A stretch of DNA of 64,000 nt from Podarcis gaigeae (Eukaryota). The notes beneath the pieces are model-generated. The model searched no databases. It worked only from the letters and a program-made list of their open reading frames with translations, and was not told the DNA's origin. Position numbers and translations under genes: made by a program. The stretch lies in the NCBI GenBank assembly GCA_964106915.2, contig OZ066915.1. One strand, given 5' to 3'. Below are positions 24,701 to 36,700 of the stretch, piece after piece (position 1 is the first letter of the stretch; each line of letters begins with the position of its first letter).

Positions 24701-27700
24701 ACTTGTTTTTTCAGTGCCTTCAGCTCTGTTTAAGCTACTGGTCCCAAGAGAGCAGCTGGCCTTTGCCTCGCCTTCCCCTCTTTGCTCTACCTGTCTTCCC
24801 CAACCCATCCATGTGTCTGTGTTTGTCCCTTCCCATCTCTGAGCCCCTTCCAAGGCATGTTACAAGTATGGGAGGGGCCCCCTTGTCCCATTAGGAGTGG
24901 CTTCTGCGGTGGCCAGTAATGGGTCAGCCCTGAGCTACTTCAGCCCGGTCCCTCCTCTCTGTAGCTGACATCGCCCAACAGCATCCTCTCGACACACCAA
25001 GCTGCTGCAAGCATCTGGCTAGTGAGATATCTGCTTGGGCTTGGAGGGGTGGGGAGGTAGAATTTATGCTAAGAATGAGAAACCATTTGAGATTTGGGAT
25101 TTTGGTCCCTAAGCCTCTGTACTGCCTCCTCCTGTCTGGCAGTGCCTGGCGGTTGGTCAACCTGGAGCATGTGGTCAGTGTGTGGTGCAGACTGTACACA
25201 CTGGCGAAGCCGTGAATGCTCGGATCCGGCACCCCGGAATGGTGGGGACGAGTGCCAGGGGCCTGAACTGGAGACCCGCAACTGCACCAGCGAGTTATGC
25301 ACTCATGGTGAGTTCCTGCTGCTTTGGGGGAAATATAAGACTCATGCTGTGGGTGGAGATGGAGGGGAGAGGTGCAGGTGGTGGCATGAATTTGACGAGC
25401 ATCTTCTGGCACAGGTGTGCCTCTCCAGGGTGGCTGTGGACATAGGCAACTGGTGCTGCCTCCTGTTGCGTAGTTTTTTTTGAGCGACCTTCCGTTGCAG
25501 GCTGATTGAGATGTAAGGGCATTGAGGCCTGTCAGTTCTGGTCTGCCTATCTGTCCACGTAGGAACTAACAGCCGTCTGCCCAGCACAGATGGAATCTCT
25601 GCTGCCTGGTTTAGCGTTGCTTCATAGCCACAGGCTAGAAGGCAGAAACCCACCTTGTCAGCGGCACCCCCTGGCCCAGGCTCCGTCCCTTAATGAGGAG
25701 GCCCCAGAGCTCTCTCCTGAAAGATCACAACTGGTGCGCACTGGCCCAGCAAGCAGGCTGTGTGCCACCCCCACCCCAAGACAGGAGAGCTCTGCGCTGG
25801 CCCTGCCAGGGCGGAAGAGTGAGTGACAGGCCCCATCCTGGCTCATTAACTGTTCTAGCTTGTTAGGCCTCCTAGGGGTTTTCTCTTCCTTTTACATCAA
25901 ATTAACCATTCTCACAGCTGAAATGAAGCAATGGCCCCCTGCCCTCCCCAGGGGGACTCAGGCTGACGGTTTGACCCAGCTGGCAGTGGGGGTGGGGAGG
26001 AGGTCCGTGAGGGATTCAGAGGGACAGCAGGGCAAAGTGCTGGTTCACAACGCATGCGCGCGCACACACACACACACACACACAAACCTGGTTCATTCGT
26101 TCATTCTTCCTCCCTTACATACAATTCCCTGTACATATGTTGCCTCATAAACCAGACTAATGTGTGTGTGCTTGCTTCCGTTAACACAGAAGCCTTGTTT
26201 GTTCTCCCTCACACACCCACACCAGGCCTGCATTCTTTCTTTTCCCCCTTCCCCCTTCAACCCCCACCAACCTGCCTTCTTCTGTACAGAGGCTTCATAC
26301 AAAGGACAACACACACTCACACTCTCTTGCACAGCTGGGATTTTGGCCATGGAGCTTTGAAGGTTTCTACTTACTCAACCTTCAGAGATCATAAGCAAGA
26401 TCCCAATTCTCCCAATTAAAGACTGCCTGCCTTTACTTAGAAATTATGAGACAGGAGCAGAAGGGCTCCTTTTAACCCAAGCTGCAGCCTTACTAACCCT
26501 GCCCAAACCAACCTCTGCCACAAAACCTTTCCTGCAGAAGCACCCTTTGTGTCTAGTCTGTGTCTAGTCCTCCCGGAATCACATTTCAGATCCCCTTCTG
26601 AATTATTATTTCTATAAACATAAAGATTTTTAGATAACACACTGGTTTGACAGACAGGGTTATTGTTCTTATGAACAATTAAATGGGCTTGTGTCCCAAG
26701 CACAATCTCACACTTACGAGACCCCTTTTCTGTTTCAGTCCTGGGTTCACCATTCACCCAGCTTTGCCTGTGCCTCAGCACCCACTGTTCCCCAAAGCAG
26801 CCCTTTTCTTTGATAACATGCTGGTAACATGGCTGTAGTTATTATAAAAGGGAACCACAACAGATGCTCATAAAATACGCTGCTTGTTTTGAATGTCATC
26901 TTGCATTTATCTAAAAATGGGTTGAGAATCTTATCCTGCCACCACTACCCCGCCTAATTCAGACCCTGATTCCCAAAGGAATCTCTCATGCTTTCCACCC
27001 ATTCCTCTCCAATATGGATTTTGCATCATTTGTTAGTCGGGGACTCAAAGAAGGCTGTGAGTTCAATACCCAGTGCAAAAAGGAGGAGGTTGGAAATGTG
27101 CCTTTGCACTGAAGGACAGGGAAAGGGCAGGGGTTTGGGGTGTTCTTTTTAAGGGATCACAGGTTTTGGTTATTAATTCCTTGATGACCCTCATTGCAAG
27201 AAGGCCAATGACGTTTCATTCAGTGTCTCTTCCATCCCTAGAGACATTGGCGGACTTCCATAGATAATTGCGCACCATGCAGATGAGCGGTGCGCTCCTT
27301 CTCCAGAAGAGGATGCCATTATTTTATACAGGGCTACAACTGGCTCAGAATTGCACACCTCTCTGTTCTCTCCTGCTTCCCCTTTTAGGAACGAATGGCT
27401 CTGAGGATGTGGCTCTGTATGTGGGCCTGATTGCTGTCGCTGTCTGCCTGGTGCTGCTGCTCTTAGTGGTAACCCTTGTCTACTGCCGCAAGAAGGAAGG
27501 GCTGGATTCTGACGTGGCTGATTCTTCTATTCTCACTGCTGGCTTCCAGCCGGTCAGCATCAAGCCAACCAAAGCAGGTGAGCATCACGCCAATTTTGGG
27601 GCATCCCGGGGATTTTTGGAGTCCTTTGCATTGAGTGCAAGCAGCCTTCCTGGAGCCACAGTCAGCTGCCAGGTCTCGATGTGGAGACGGTGTTTGTCTT

Positions 27701-30700
27701 TTCTACGACTGCAGAACGGTTAGGTAAGATACAGCCGCAGTGTGTCTTGTAGCAAAATAGGATGGTGCCCGCCATTTTAAGAGTCCCGTGACTACTGTGC
27801 CAACTCTTAATGTGCTCTTCGGGTTTCCTCCCCTACTCTGTTTCTCCTTCCTGCTGTTACAAGTGCTACAAAAAATAAATATGAAATGGTAGTATTCAAC
27901 AAACTTCACATACTAGCTCAAGGGGATTTCCCATCCCTCTATTCCATCTGCACTATTCTCAAATTTATTCCAGAGGGTTGGGGGAAACCCCAGAACAGAT
28001 TTAGAGGGAGGGGGAGAATGTTTCGTCGCACGCACACACACAAAAATAATTTGACTGAGAGAACATTCATTGTAGTGCTACGTTGAACAAAAAACACAGA
28101 TCTTAAAAGCACAATGGAACCTGGTGACAACTAAAAACAGTGGTTTAAAGAGTTTCGTTGTTTAAAAAATGGCTTTCTGGAATAAGCTCAGAATAAGCTC
28201 AGCTGGTTAGAGCATGGTGCTAATAACGCCAAGACTGCAGGTTCTGTCCCCATAAGAGACAACTGCATATTCCTTCATTGCAGGGGGTTCGACTATATAT
28301 GATCCTCAGGGTCCATCCCGACTCTATGATTCAAATCAAGTCAAGTGAGCAAATGGGAAAATTTCTGATAACAGAAGACTAAAACTGTTTAAACACCTGA
28401 AGGCTTCCTACAGTAGGCAGCATAAGCAGAGGATATCTGCAGAGGACTACGTAGGAAAAACCACAGACCCAATAAACACACCAAAAATCTCTTACAAAAT
28501 ACCGTAATTATAGCCAGAGACTCACCTCTAGCCATGCATCTCAACACTACTAAGCATTGCCTTTGCCAAAGAAAGATGCAACACCAGAGGGTTAGAAACA
28601 GGCCATCTGCATATTTTGTGAGAACCTGCTAAATTACCCTTTCCAGTTACAAGGCATTAATGCTTCCTGCCAGCCCTCACTGGGCTACAGAATACCAACC
28701 AGTAAGGGCAGCCCAGCACTGGTCAGAACAGGAGCCTGTACAAGAAGGGTTTTCTAATCATCCCACCCCCAGCTCATCTGCCAGGCATTCTTCAAGTATT
28801 TCTGAACTAGTTAATTAAAATTAGTTCCCCACTAATTAAGAAACATGAACTTCTAGAGGAAAAGTAGTTGCTGGAATGGAAGATGCAAGACCTTGCTGGC
28901 ACATCTCTGTCACAGTGACTGTCACACCCCCAGGAAGTTAAACATGTAGGGAACCTATAATGTAATATAGAGGAAGTCAGTAAAATCTAATGGCCATCGT
29001 AGGTAGTTGTATAGTAAAATCACACTTGTGGATAAGCACATCTTTCATCCTAACGACTCCATTTCTGTCATTTTGGAACCGGTTTACAAAGACCCACTAG
29101 CCTGGTTGGCAAAGCCATGGCCCAAAGGTTTTAGGCCCTAAAACAGACCATGGTTTATTTTGAACACAGAGCCATGGTCTAAAATGGCTGATCATGAATG
29201 AGCAGAGTGCTAGTGTGTGCTGATCTTCCTGCTTGCCCCCTTCCTTCCATGTGCTGCTTAGGAGCTGAAAGAAACCAGATCCCTGGCCTCATATTGCATG
29301 CAAACCAGCACTTGTGGTTTTGTTTTTCTCCAAGCAAACCATGAGCAATAACCAATGTTTTTTCTTAGCTTACTGTTTGTGGTTTGCTGGGAGGGAAACA
29401 AACCACAACTGTTAATTTGCATGTAAGACTAAGCCAGTGCTCTGGTTTATTTCTACTGCAAGGCAGCCTAGGGAAGAGAGAGGCAGGCACAAAGAGCAAG
29501 GGCTGGTCTGTTTTAAACAATAGCTTCACATACATTGGACTGGGTCATTTATGAGCATCTAGGTGTGGGCGGAAGAAGTATCCTACCATCATTCCATCAG
29601 CCACTTAACTTTCTCATCACCTCATGATGCGACCTTTGGCCTTTGAGGCTCACCTCTTTGCACCCTGACAAGTGGTGGGGTGTTAAAACGACAACTGTGT
29701 CATGCGGCCAGCTCCCTTAGTCATTCTGCATTTGGATATCCTGCCCGGATGGGTTGTGTGAATTAGCCCAGACTCCTGGGCTCTGCAAGGGAGACTGTAC
29801 TGCATCTTTAGGAAGCTGTCTCTGGGAAATAAAATGCATAACCTTATTAATACAAAAAGTGATGGTTTGAACAGGGATCTTTGTTTCTCGGGTCATTGCA
29901 GCAGTCTGTTACCCCTGCTGGTTAATGTATTTTGTGCAACATTGTCTGATGAGATGATGTTATGTGATTAGGCTGCTATCTACCTGAGGTGACTGAAAAT
30001 ATCTGCATTTGCATCTGTAAGCAATATAGGTCTGTATATTGTGCTAAGAATGAACTCTCTTTTCCATTTTGCCTAGAGAAGAGCTTTCAATACGTTCAAA
30101 CAGCACATGTATTTTGACCGACCCAGTTTGTTGGGTTATTAACATAAATGTCTCTCCTTCTTTGCAGATAACTCCCACTTGCTTACTATCCAGCCTGACC
30201 TGAGCACCACCACCATGACCTACCAGGGCTCACTGTGTCCACGCCAGGATGGACCCAGCAAGTTCCAGATTGGCAATGGGCACCTGCTGAGCCCCCTGGG
30301 CAGTGGGCGCCACACCCTGCACCACAGCTCACCCAGTGCGGACCCTGTGGACTTTGTCTCTCGGTTCTCCACCCAGAGCTTCTTCCGCTCCTTGCCCAGG
30401 GGTGGTGCCAACATGGCTTATGGAACCTTCAACTTCCTGGGTGGACGTTTAATGATCCCCAACACAGGTGAGATGGGAAGAGAAGGAAGGCTGGGGATTT
30501 GGGAGGCTGAGCTAGGTAGGGAAAAGTGTAGATGCTTTATGATGCTCGCAGTTCCCTTCTGGACCAGCATTCAAGCACACACATGCAAGAGACAGAGGCT
30601 TCCTGTTTGGCCTGTATAGGAATACGATAAGTGATTATTTTGTGGATAAATTCCAGATAGAAACCGCATATACCATTTCCCCACTTTACGGGGAAATTGT

Positions 30701-33700
30701 CCCGATACTGAGCAGCCCCTTATTGATGACCAAGGGTCAGCTTGCCCAAGAGAACATGGAATGTTTCTTTCAAGCCTGGACCCATAGGAAGGTCTGACAA
30801 GGGCTAGTCCACCCACGAGGCGACTGCCTCTGGTGTCAGGATTCACAGGGGCAGCAGATCCTGATGTTGATCTTCCCCCCTTGTTCCTCCCTCACATCTT
30901 CTTCTCTGTTGGGGAGCGGGACATCATTTTGGGGTCTGTCCAAGGTGCAGAAATGTCTTGGGCCATCCATGGACACTGTATATTGCATCCCCTTGAGCAA
31001 TAATGTCTGTGTCCTTTAGGTGTCAGCTTGCTCATCCCACCTGATGCCATCCCGCGAGGAAAGATCTATGAAATCTACCTGACGCTGCACAAGCAGGAAG
31101 ATGTGAGGTATCCCTCTTACCCTTGAAATCCTTCAACTACCTCGTTAGTGGTCAGTGGTACCCCTAATTTCTCATATACCAATTTGACTCCAGTCCACTG
31201 TATGCCTCCCCCGTATGCCCACCCATCACCTGTGGCACATAAGGGCTCTCCTACAGGTACCTGTAGAATCCACAGGGAGTTCTTGGACAACTACATCTCT
31301 GTAGACCTTGTCATGCAGATGAGCTGCAGAAATTTGCCTCCACTCATGAGGTGGAGGGAGCAGCATGAATTAAATGTCACTGTGGAAGGTCAGCTACAGC
31401 ATCCAGGAAGGAAACAAAGTCTTGACATACACATTACTCCTCTTGCTGGAAAATTCTCAGTGTATCCCTTCAAGATACACAACTCCAGATTATCCCATTC
31501 GGCATTTCAATCTCTTACCAGCCACACACTTGCCTGAAGGAAACAAAACTGATTGGAAATAGGCCTCATCTACTTGTTCTATATGTACAGAGGCTACAGG
31601 GCCAGCAGCACCCCAATCCTGAGCATTTTACATCAAAGCTCTAGTAATATCAGTCTAGCGCTTCCCACGTCATGCTCTTAAGATTGAACTATATAATCAA
31701 CAGAGATCACCCGCCATTTCTAGGCAGATTTCTCTGTCGCAATCTTAACTACATCCTAAAATGCTACCGAGCATGTTTCTGATTTAATGTTTTTGTGCTG
31801 GCCCTTGACAGCCCACTCTTGCCTGCAACCCTCTGCTCACAGCTGCATCAACAGCAAATGGAGAAAGCATGCTTCTGTCATGGCACATTTAGTGTCAAGA
31901 ATCCCTTTGGTGCTGGTTGAGGATTGAGGTGGGAGATTTGATTAGGACATCTAAAGCAACCTGGCCTGGAGCATGAAGGATAAGTCATGTTAGCTAAGTG
32001 GTAAGATCTGCCAGCCAGAAAGGACCTTGCCAGGCTGCTCAATGGAGCATCACCCTCTGGCTAGTCATCCTCTAAGGAACTTGACTGCTGCACACTTGTA
32101 CAATTCCTGCCCCCGCCCTGTCCCTGCTCCCTTCCAAAGAAGGATACCTAATGCAACTTATTCATCGTGGATATATTCTCTGAAACGTTTTTGGAGTTCC
32201 CACTTTGCAGATAGCTCCAATAACAGCTGTCTGCCATAACTGAGGCATTTCCACTTTCTCCATGAACCTTATGCCAATTTACACAGACTCCCATCTAGCT
32301 CAGCACTGACTACACTGATGGGCAGCAGTTCTTTCTGGATTACCCAGAGATGCCGGGGATTGAACCTAGGACTTTCTGCAAACAGGCGCTGTGCTATTGA
32401 GCCATAATCCTTCCCCATTCCCTTATGTCAGCATCCATTTCCAATGCACTTACTGAAGACTGCCAGCTCCAATTCCCTGCTTGGATTGCCAGTAGTACAT
32501 GCTGACTATAACCCCACCCAATTTCTCCACTCTGCTTCCACCGCGCAGTGGTGAGAATGCAGATCCTGTTTGCTTTCTGTGCCCATTGGAATGATAACCA
32601 AGGGAAACTAGCTAATGGCAATAGTCAGAAGCGTCTGTGCTTGGCTTTGTATGGCCCTTCTCTTTCCAACTCATGGTTTTTTCTCTTTTTTTGAGGCTGC
32701 CCCTGGCTGGCTGTCAGACCCTGCTGAGTCCCATTGTCAGCTGTGGGCCCCCCGGGGTGCTGCTCACCAGACCTGTCATCCTAGCTATGGACCACTGTGT
32801 GGAGCCAAACCCGGAGACCTGGAGTCTCCGCCTCAAGAAGCAGTCGTGTGAGGGCACATGGGAGGTGAGTGCTTGGCCTCAGGCAGTCGCAAACCAATCC
32901 GAAGGCTTTAAACAAGGCTGTATTGTACTTTTTGCTTTACAAAGCAAACAACCTTCCGGGCCAAAGTAACCTAAATTCTGAAACCTCCTTAAATTATGCA
33001 AATCACTCATATTGTTCATATTTATTTATTTTTTGCTTTCTTTGCAAACTCTATACTGTTTCTGCTACTTCTGTGAAAGAGGAGGAACTATGCGTGATGC
33101 TGAAGTCTCATCCTTGGGAAACAACGGAAGTCTTATTCAGCTCTCCCTGTAGCTTTCTCAGGGCTTCGCCATACACTCTCAAGCATATCTTTGCATCCAA
33201 ATGTTATAGAAACATGCTTTGTAATATATATATGAAAGCTGGATTCTGCCTCCAGTATTACAATCTTACATTTCCCCCCAGAACTGTAGAATATACACTG
33301 CCCTATTTTCAACATTAGCAGAATCTGATGGAGTGTTTACTGCCCAGCACTGGCACATTTGATTCTGATTTGTGTTCTACAGTGGAGGCTGTGATGGATC
33401 CCTCAGACTAGCTGAAGATAGCTCAGTCAGTAGAGCATAAGATCTCAGGGTTGTGGGTTTGAACCCCATGTTGGGCAAACAATTCCTGCATTGCAGGGGT
33501 TGGACTAGATGGCCCTTGTGGTTCCTTCCAACTCTACCATTCTATGATTCCAGCTTGAATGTAGTGCAAATGTTCCTATATATGCCTAAAGAGCAACAGT
33601 CCTCCTACCCTCTCAAGCTCAGTACTTCATCCTTGGTCCTATATACCAGCTTTCCTGCTGATACCCCACCCATACAGATTCATTCTCCTTGTGTGTTGGC

Positions 33701-36700
33701 CAGCCATTCTTGCATATATTTTTTTTCAGAATTCATAAACTGCTCCGGATTCAAGGAAATACCCAAGCACTGTACTTCTAGCGTATTAGTCAGCCTTCTC
33801 CTTCTGACACCTGTTTGTTTGCCAACAGACCTTTGCAGCTGCTTAATTTTTGATTAGCCAGTCACCTTAATGATTATTTGTTCTTTTAAAATGCAATTTA
33901 ATTTTTTTAATTGATGCTTTTGCAGTGTACACCACCTTGTACGGTACAGAAATGCTTCTAAAAATAAGCCATAATCTGAACTGGCTCCCTTGTGCTGCTT
34001 CTGCGCTCATTGTGCCAGTAACTGTTGATCAAGGCGGTTTTTATCTCTCTGCCCACCCCTCCACCGCCTTTCCTGTTTCCTCAGGATGTGCTGCATCTGG
34101 GTGAGCCAGTTCCCTCGGAACTCTTCCACTGCCAGCTGGAACCCCAGGCTTGCTACATCTTCACAGAACAACTAGGCCGCTTTGCTTTGGTGGGGGAATC
34201 GCTCAGCATGGCAGCTTCAAAGCGCCTCAAATTGGTCCTTTTCGCACCCACTACATGTACTGGGCTGGAATATGATGTCCGCGTGTATTGCCTCAGCGAC
34301 ACCCGTGATGCACTCAAGGTATTACCCCACAAGGCCAAAATACTGCCCTGGAAATGCCCCAAACATACACACCTTGAGCCTCTTTCCCACAAATTCCCCA
34401 CCTGCTCCAGTCTCAATAGCTCATTATTTGCTCAAGAATCACGGCTGACCAGCCTTAATGCTTTAGTAGTAAGGCCTATGTGTTGCTTCAGTGACACTGA
34501 CCACATGCCCAGTATGTTGCTCTATAGTTGCAGGGTGTCCGGCCTCACCTAGGCCTCTCCCTTCCCCACCATCCAATGATTTTGTTCCCTTGCAACTCCA
34601 CACTGTGCCTCCGCAGAAGGCGGAAGACACCAGGAAATGGGTGTTGATGGGTTCTAGTCACTCAGCCTCTGCTTTGTCCATGCAATTCCAGGAAGTGGTA
34701 CAAGTAGAGAAGCAGATGGGGGGGCAGCTGATTGGCGTGCCGCGGATCCTGCACTTCAAGGACAGTTACCACAACCTGCGCCTCTCCATCCATGATGTGC
34801 CCAGCTCCCTGTGGAAGAGCAAGCTTCTTGTCAGCTATCAGGCAAGTGGCCCATGGGCTCTGGGAGTGTTCTGTATCCAGAGTAGGTTCCCTCTTCTTCT
34901 GCCTGCTGTCATCGCGCTATGTCACCTCCCTTTTTCATCTCTTATTTACTGGGATTCAGTGCAAAGCCCCATATCCTCAGGACCAGGAATACCCCATCTG
35001 AAAGATGCTAAGCTCTTATGAAGCTCCACCCACTAGCTGTAGTTGTGGGAGGGGGGGCAGGTATTTATCAGTCTGCTTTTATAGTTTGTCTAGTTCCGAA
35101 TTCTACTAGCAGTTGCTGAGATCATGGGCCTGATCATCATGCTCCTAGGAGCCTCATTCCTTACCACTGAGAAAATCCACACCCCCCCAACCCAAGCCTG
35201 CTCTCTTTCTCTCTCTCTCCAGGAGATTCCCTTCTATCACCTTTGGAGTGGTCTGCAGCCTTACCTGCACTGCACCTTCACGTTGGAGCGACTTAGCACC
35301 AGCACTTGCCAGTTGGCTTGCAAAATCTGGATCTGGCAGGTGGAGGGTGATGGGCAGAGCTTCAATATTGACTTCAACATTGCCAAGGTGAGGGCAAGGA
35401 CATGGCCATGGGAGGGCTGGCCAAATGACCTCTGCGGTACCCTTTTGGGTGGGAACCTATCTAGCTTTTGAACGGGTTTTTAATGCTTTATGCGCACTTG
35501 CGGTTATTGTGTCAAGGACTGTTTCATAGAATTCCCATGGAACAGAGTCAAAAGTGGAAATGCAAGGCAGGGCGGCGTCAATAGGTCTATCCTAACTTGA
35601 GGATAGAAAACTATCGCAGGCTGGAATTGTGTGCATATTCAGAAAAAGCATAGAATGGGCCAGTTCGGACATGGCTTTGTAACAAAGGATAGTTTATGAA
35701 GCCAGGTGGAGTGTTGGCTCTGCATGTCCCCATCCCACTCGCCCTTCCTTCCCTTGCACACAAGCTTTGGCGTGGGGATTCTGGAACTAGGGCTGCCCAT
35801 TGCATTTGAAATTGGGGTTTACAATTGTCCTTTTTATTCTTATTGCACCCTGTCCTGGGACTTTTTTTGAAGGGCAGGTAACAGGTATTCATAATAAATA
35901 AATACTTAACCAGGGTCAGAGCTTGCTTTAATTATTTAATTATTGCTTTAATTATCCTGGTTAACAAACCAACACTGGTCCACCTCCCCATTTGAGACGT
36001 TATTAGGAACTCTTCAGTTCCAAGATCTGTACATCAACACCAACATGCAATGGGAGGGGGAGAGTGGAAAGGAGGAAGCATGTGGGCCCATTGCTCTGCC
36101 ATGGCTTATGAGACTACATGTGAAGCGTGAGGTGTGAAATTTAACATCTTAAGAACTTCTTTCATAAAAGCAGGTTTTTTTAGTTACTTTAGAGCTGTGA
36201 AAGTGTGGCCAGTGATTACTGGAATCTCAGAAGCCAGAGGTGTGGCTAACTATCAATTATGCTCGATTTCCATAATCTGTAGAAGTCACAGGATCCCATT
36301 TTTTCTCTTCGCAAAATACAGCCGGCCCTGCGCATCGCTGCTCTTTATGTCAACAAAAGCCTCCTTTCCCCCGCAGCAGTGAGCCTACCCTTTAACTTTT
36401 CGTTCCCCTTCACTCCTCCTTTCCCAGTCAAGCGGGAGATATTCTTTGTGATCTTTAGGTATCCTCCTTCGCTAAACCTGTCAAGTAGACAGAATTACCC
36501 TTCTGGGGAATATCTGGGAGAAAATCATATTGTGTCAGGGAGGCCTCTCCACCTTACTTAAAGCAGCATCAAACTGAGAGAGAATATAAAGCAGAAACAG
36601 CCTTGTCTTCACGGGCACTCTCTCCTCCATTGCCTCTTCTCACCATGAAGACTTTGTTCGCCTTATAGGTCCTAATAGCTGCTCTCCTTTTCCCAGGATG

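Noticed and set aside
26290-26362. Strong polypyrimidine tract and AG acceptors that could mark an extra UNC5A exon
   Set aside because: The phase-1 frame hits TGA before any plausible donor; unsupported as a coding exon.
28196-28270. tRNA-Ile-like sequence (also 55916; tRNA-Lys-like at 33419 and 3360-3426)
   Set aside because: Stems are broken or have indels, and each runs into a shared SINE body and tail; these are SINE heads, not tRNA genes.
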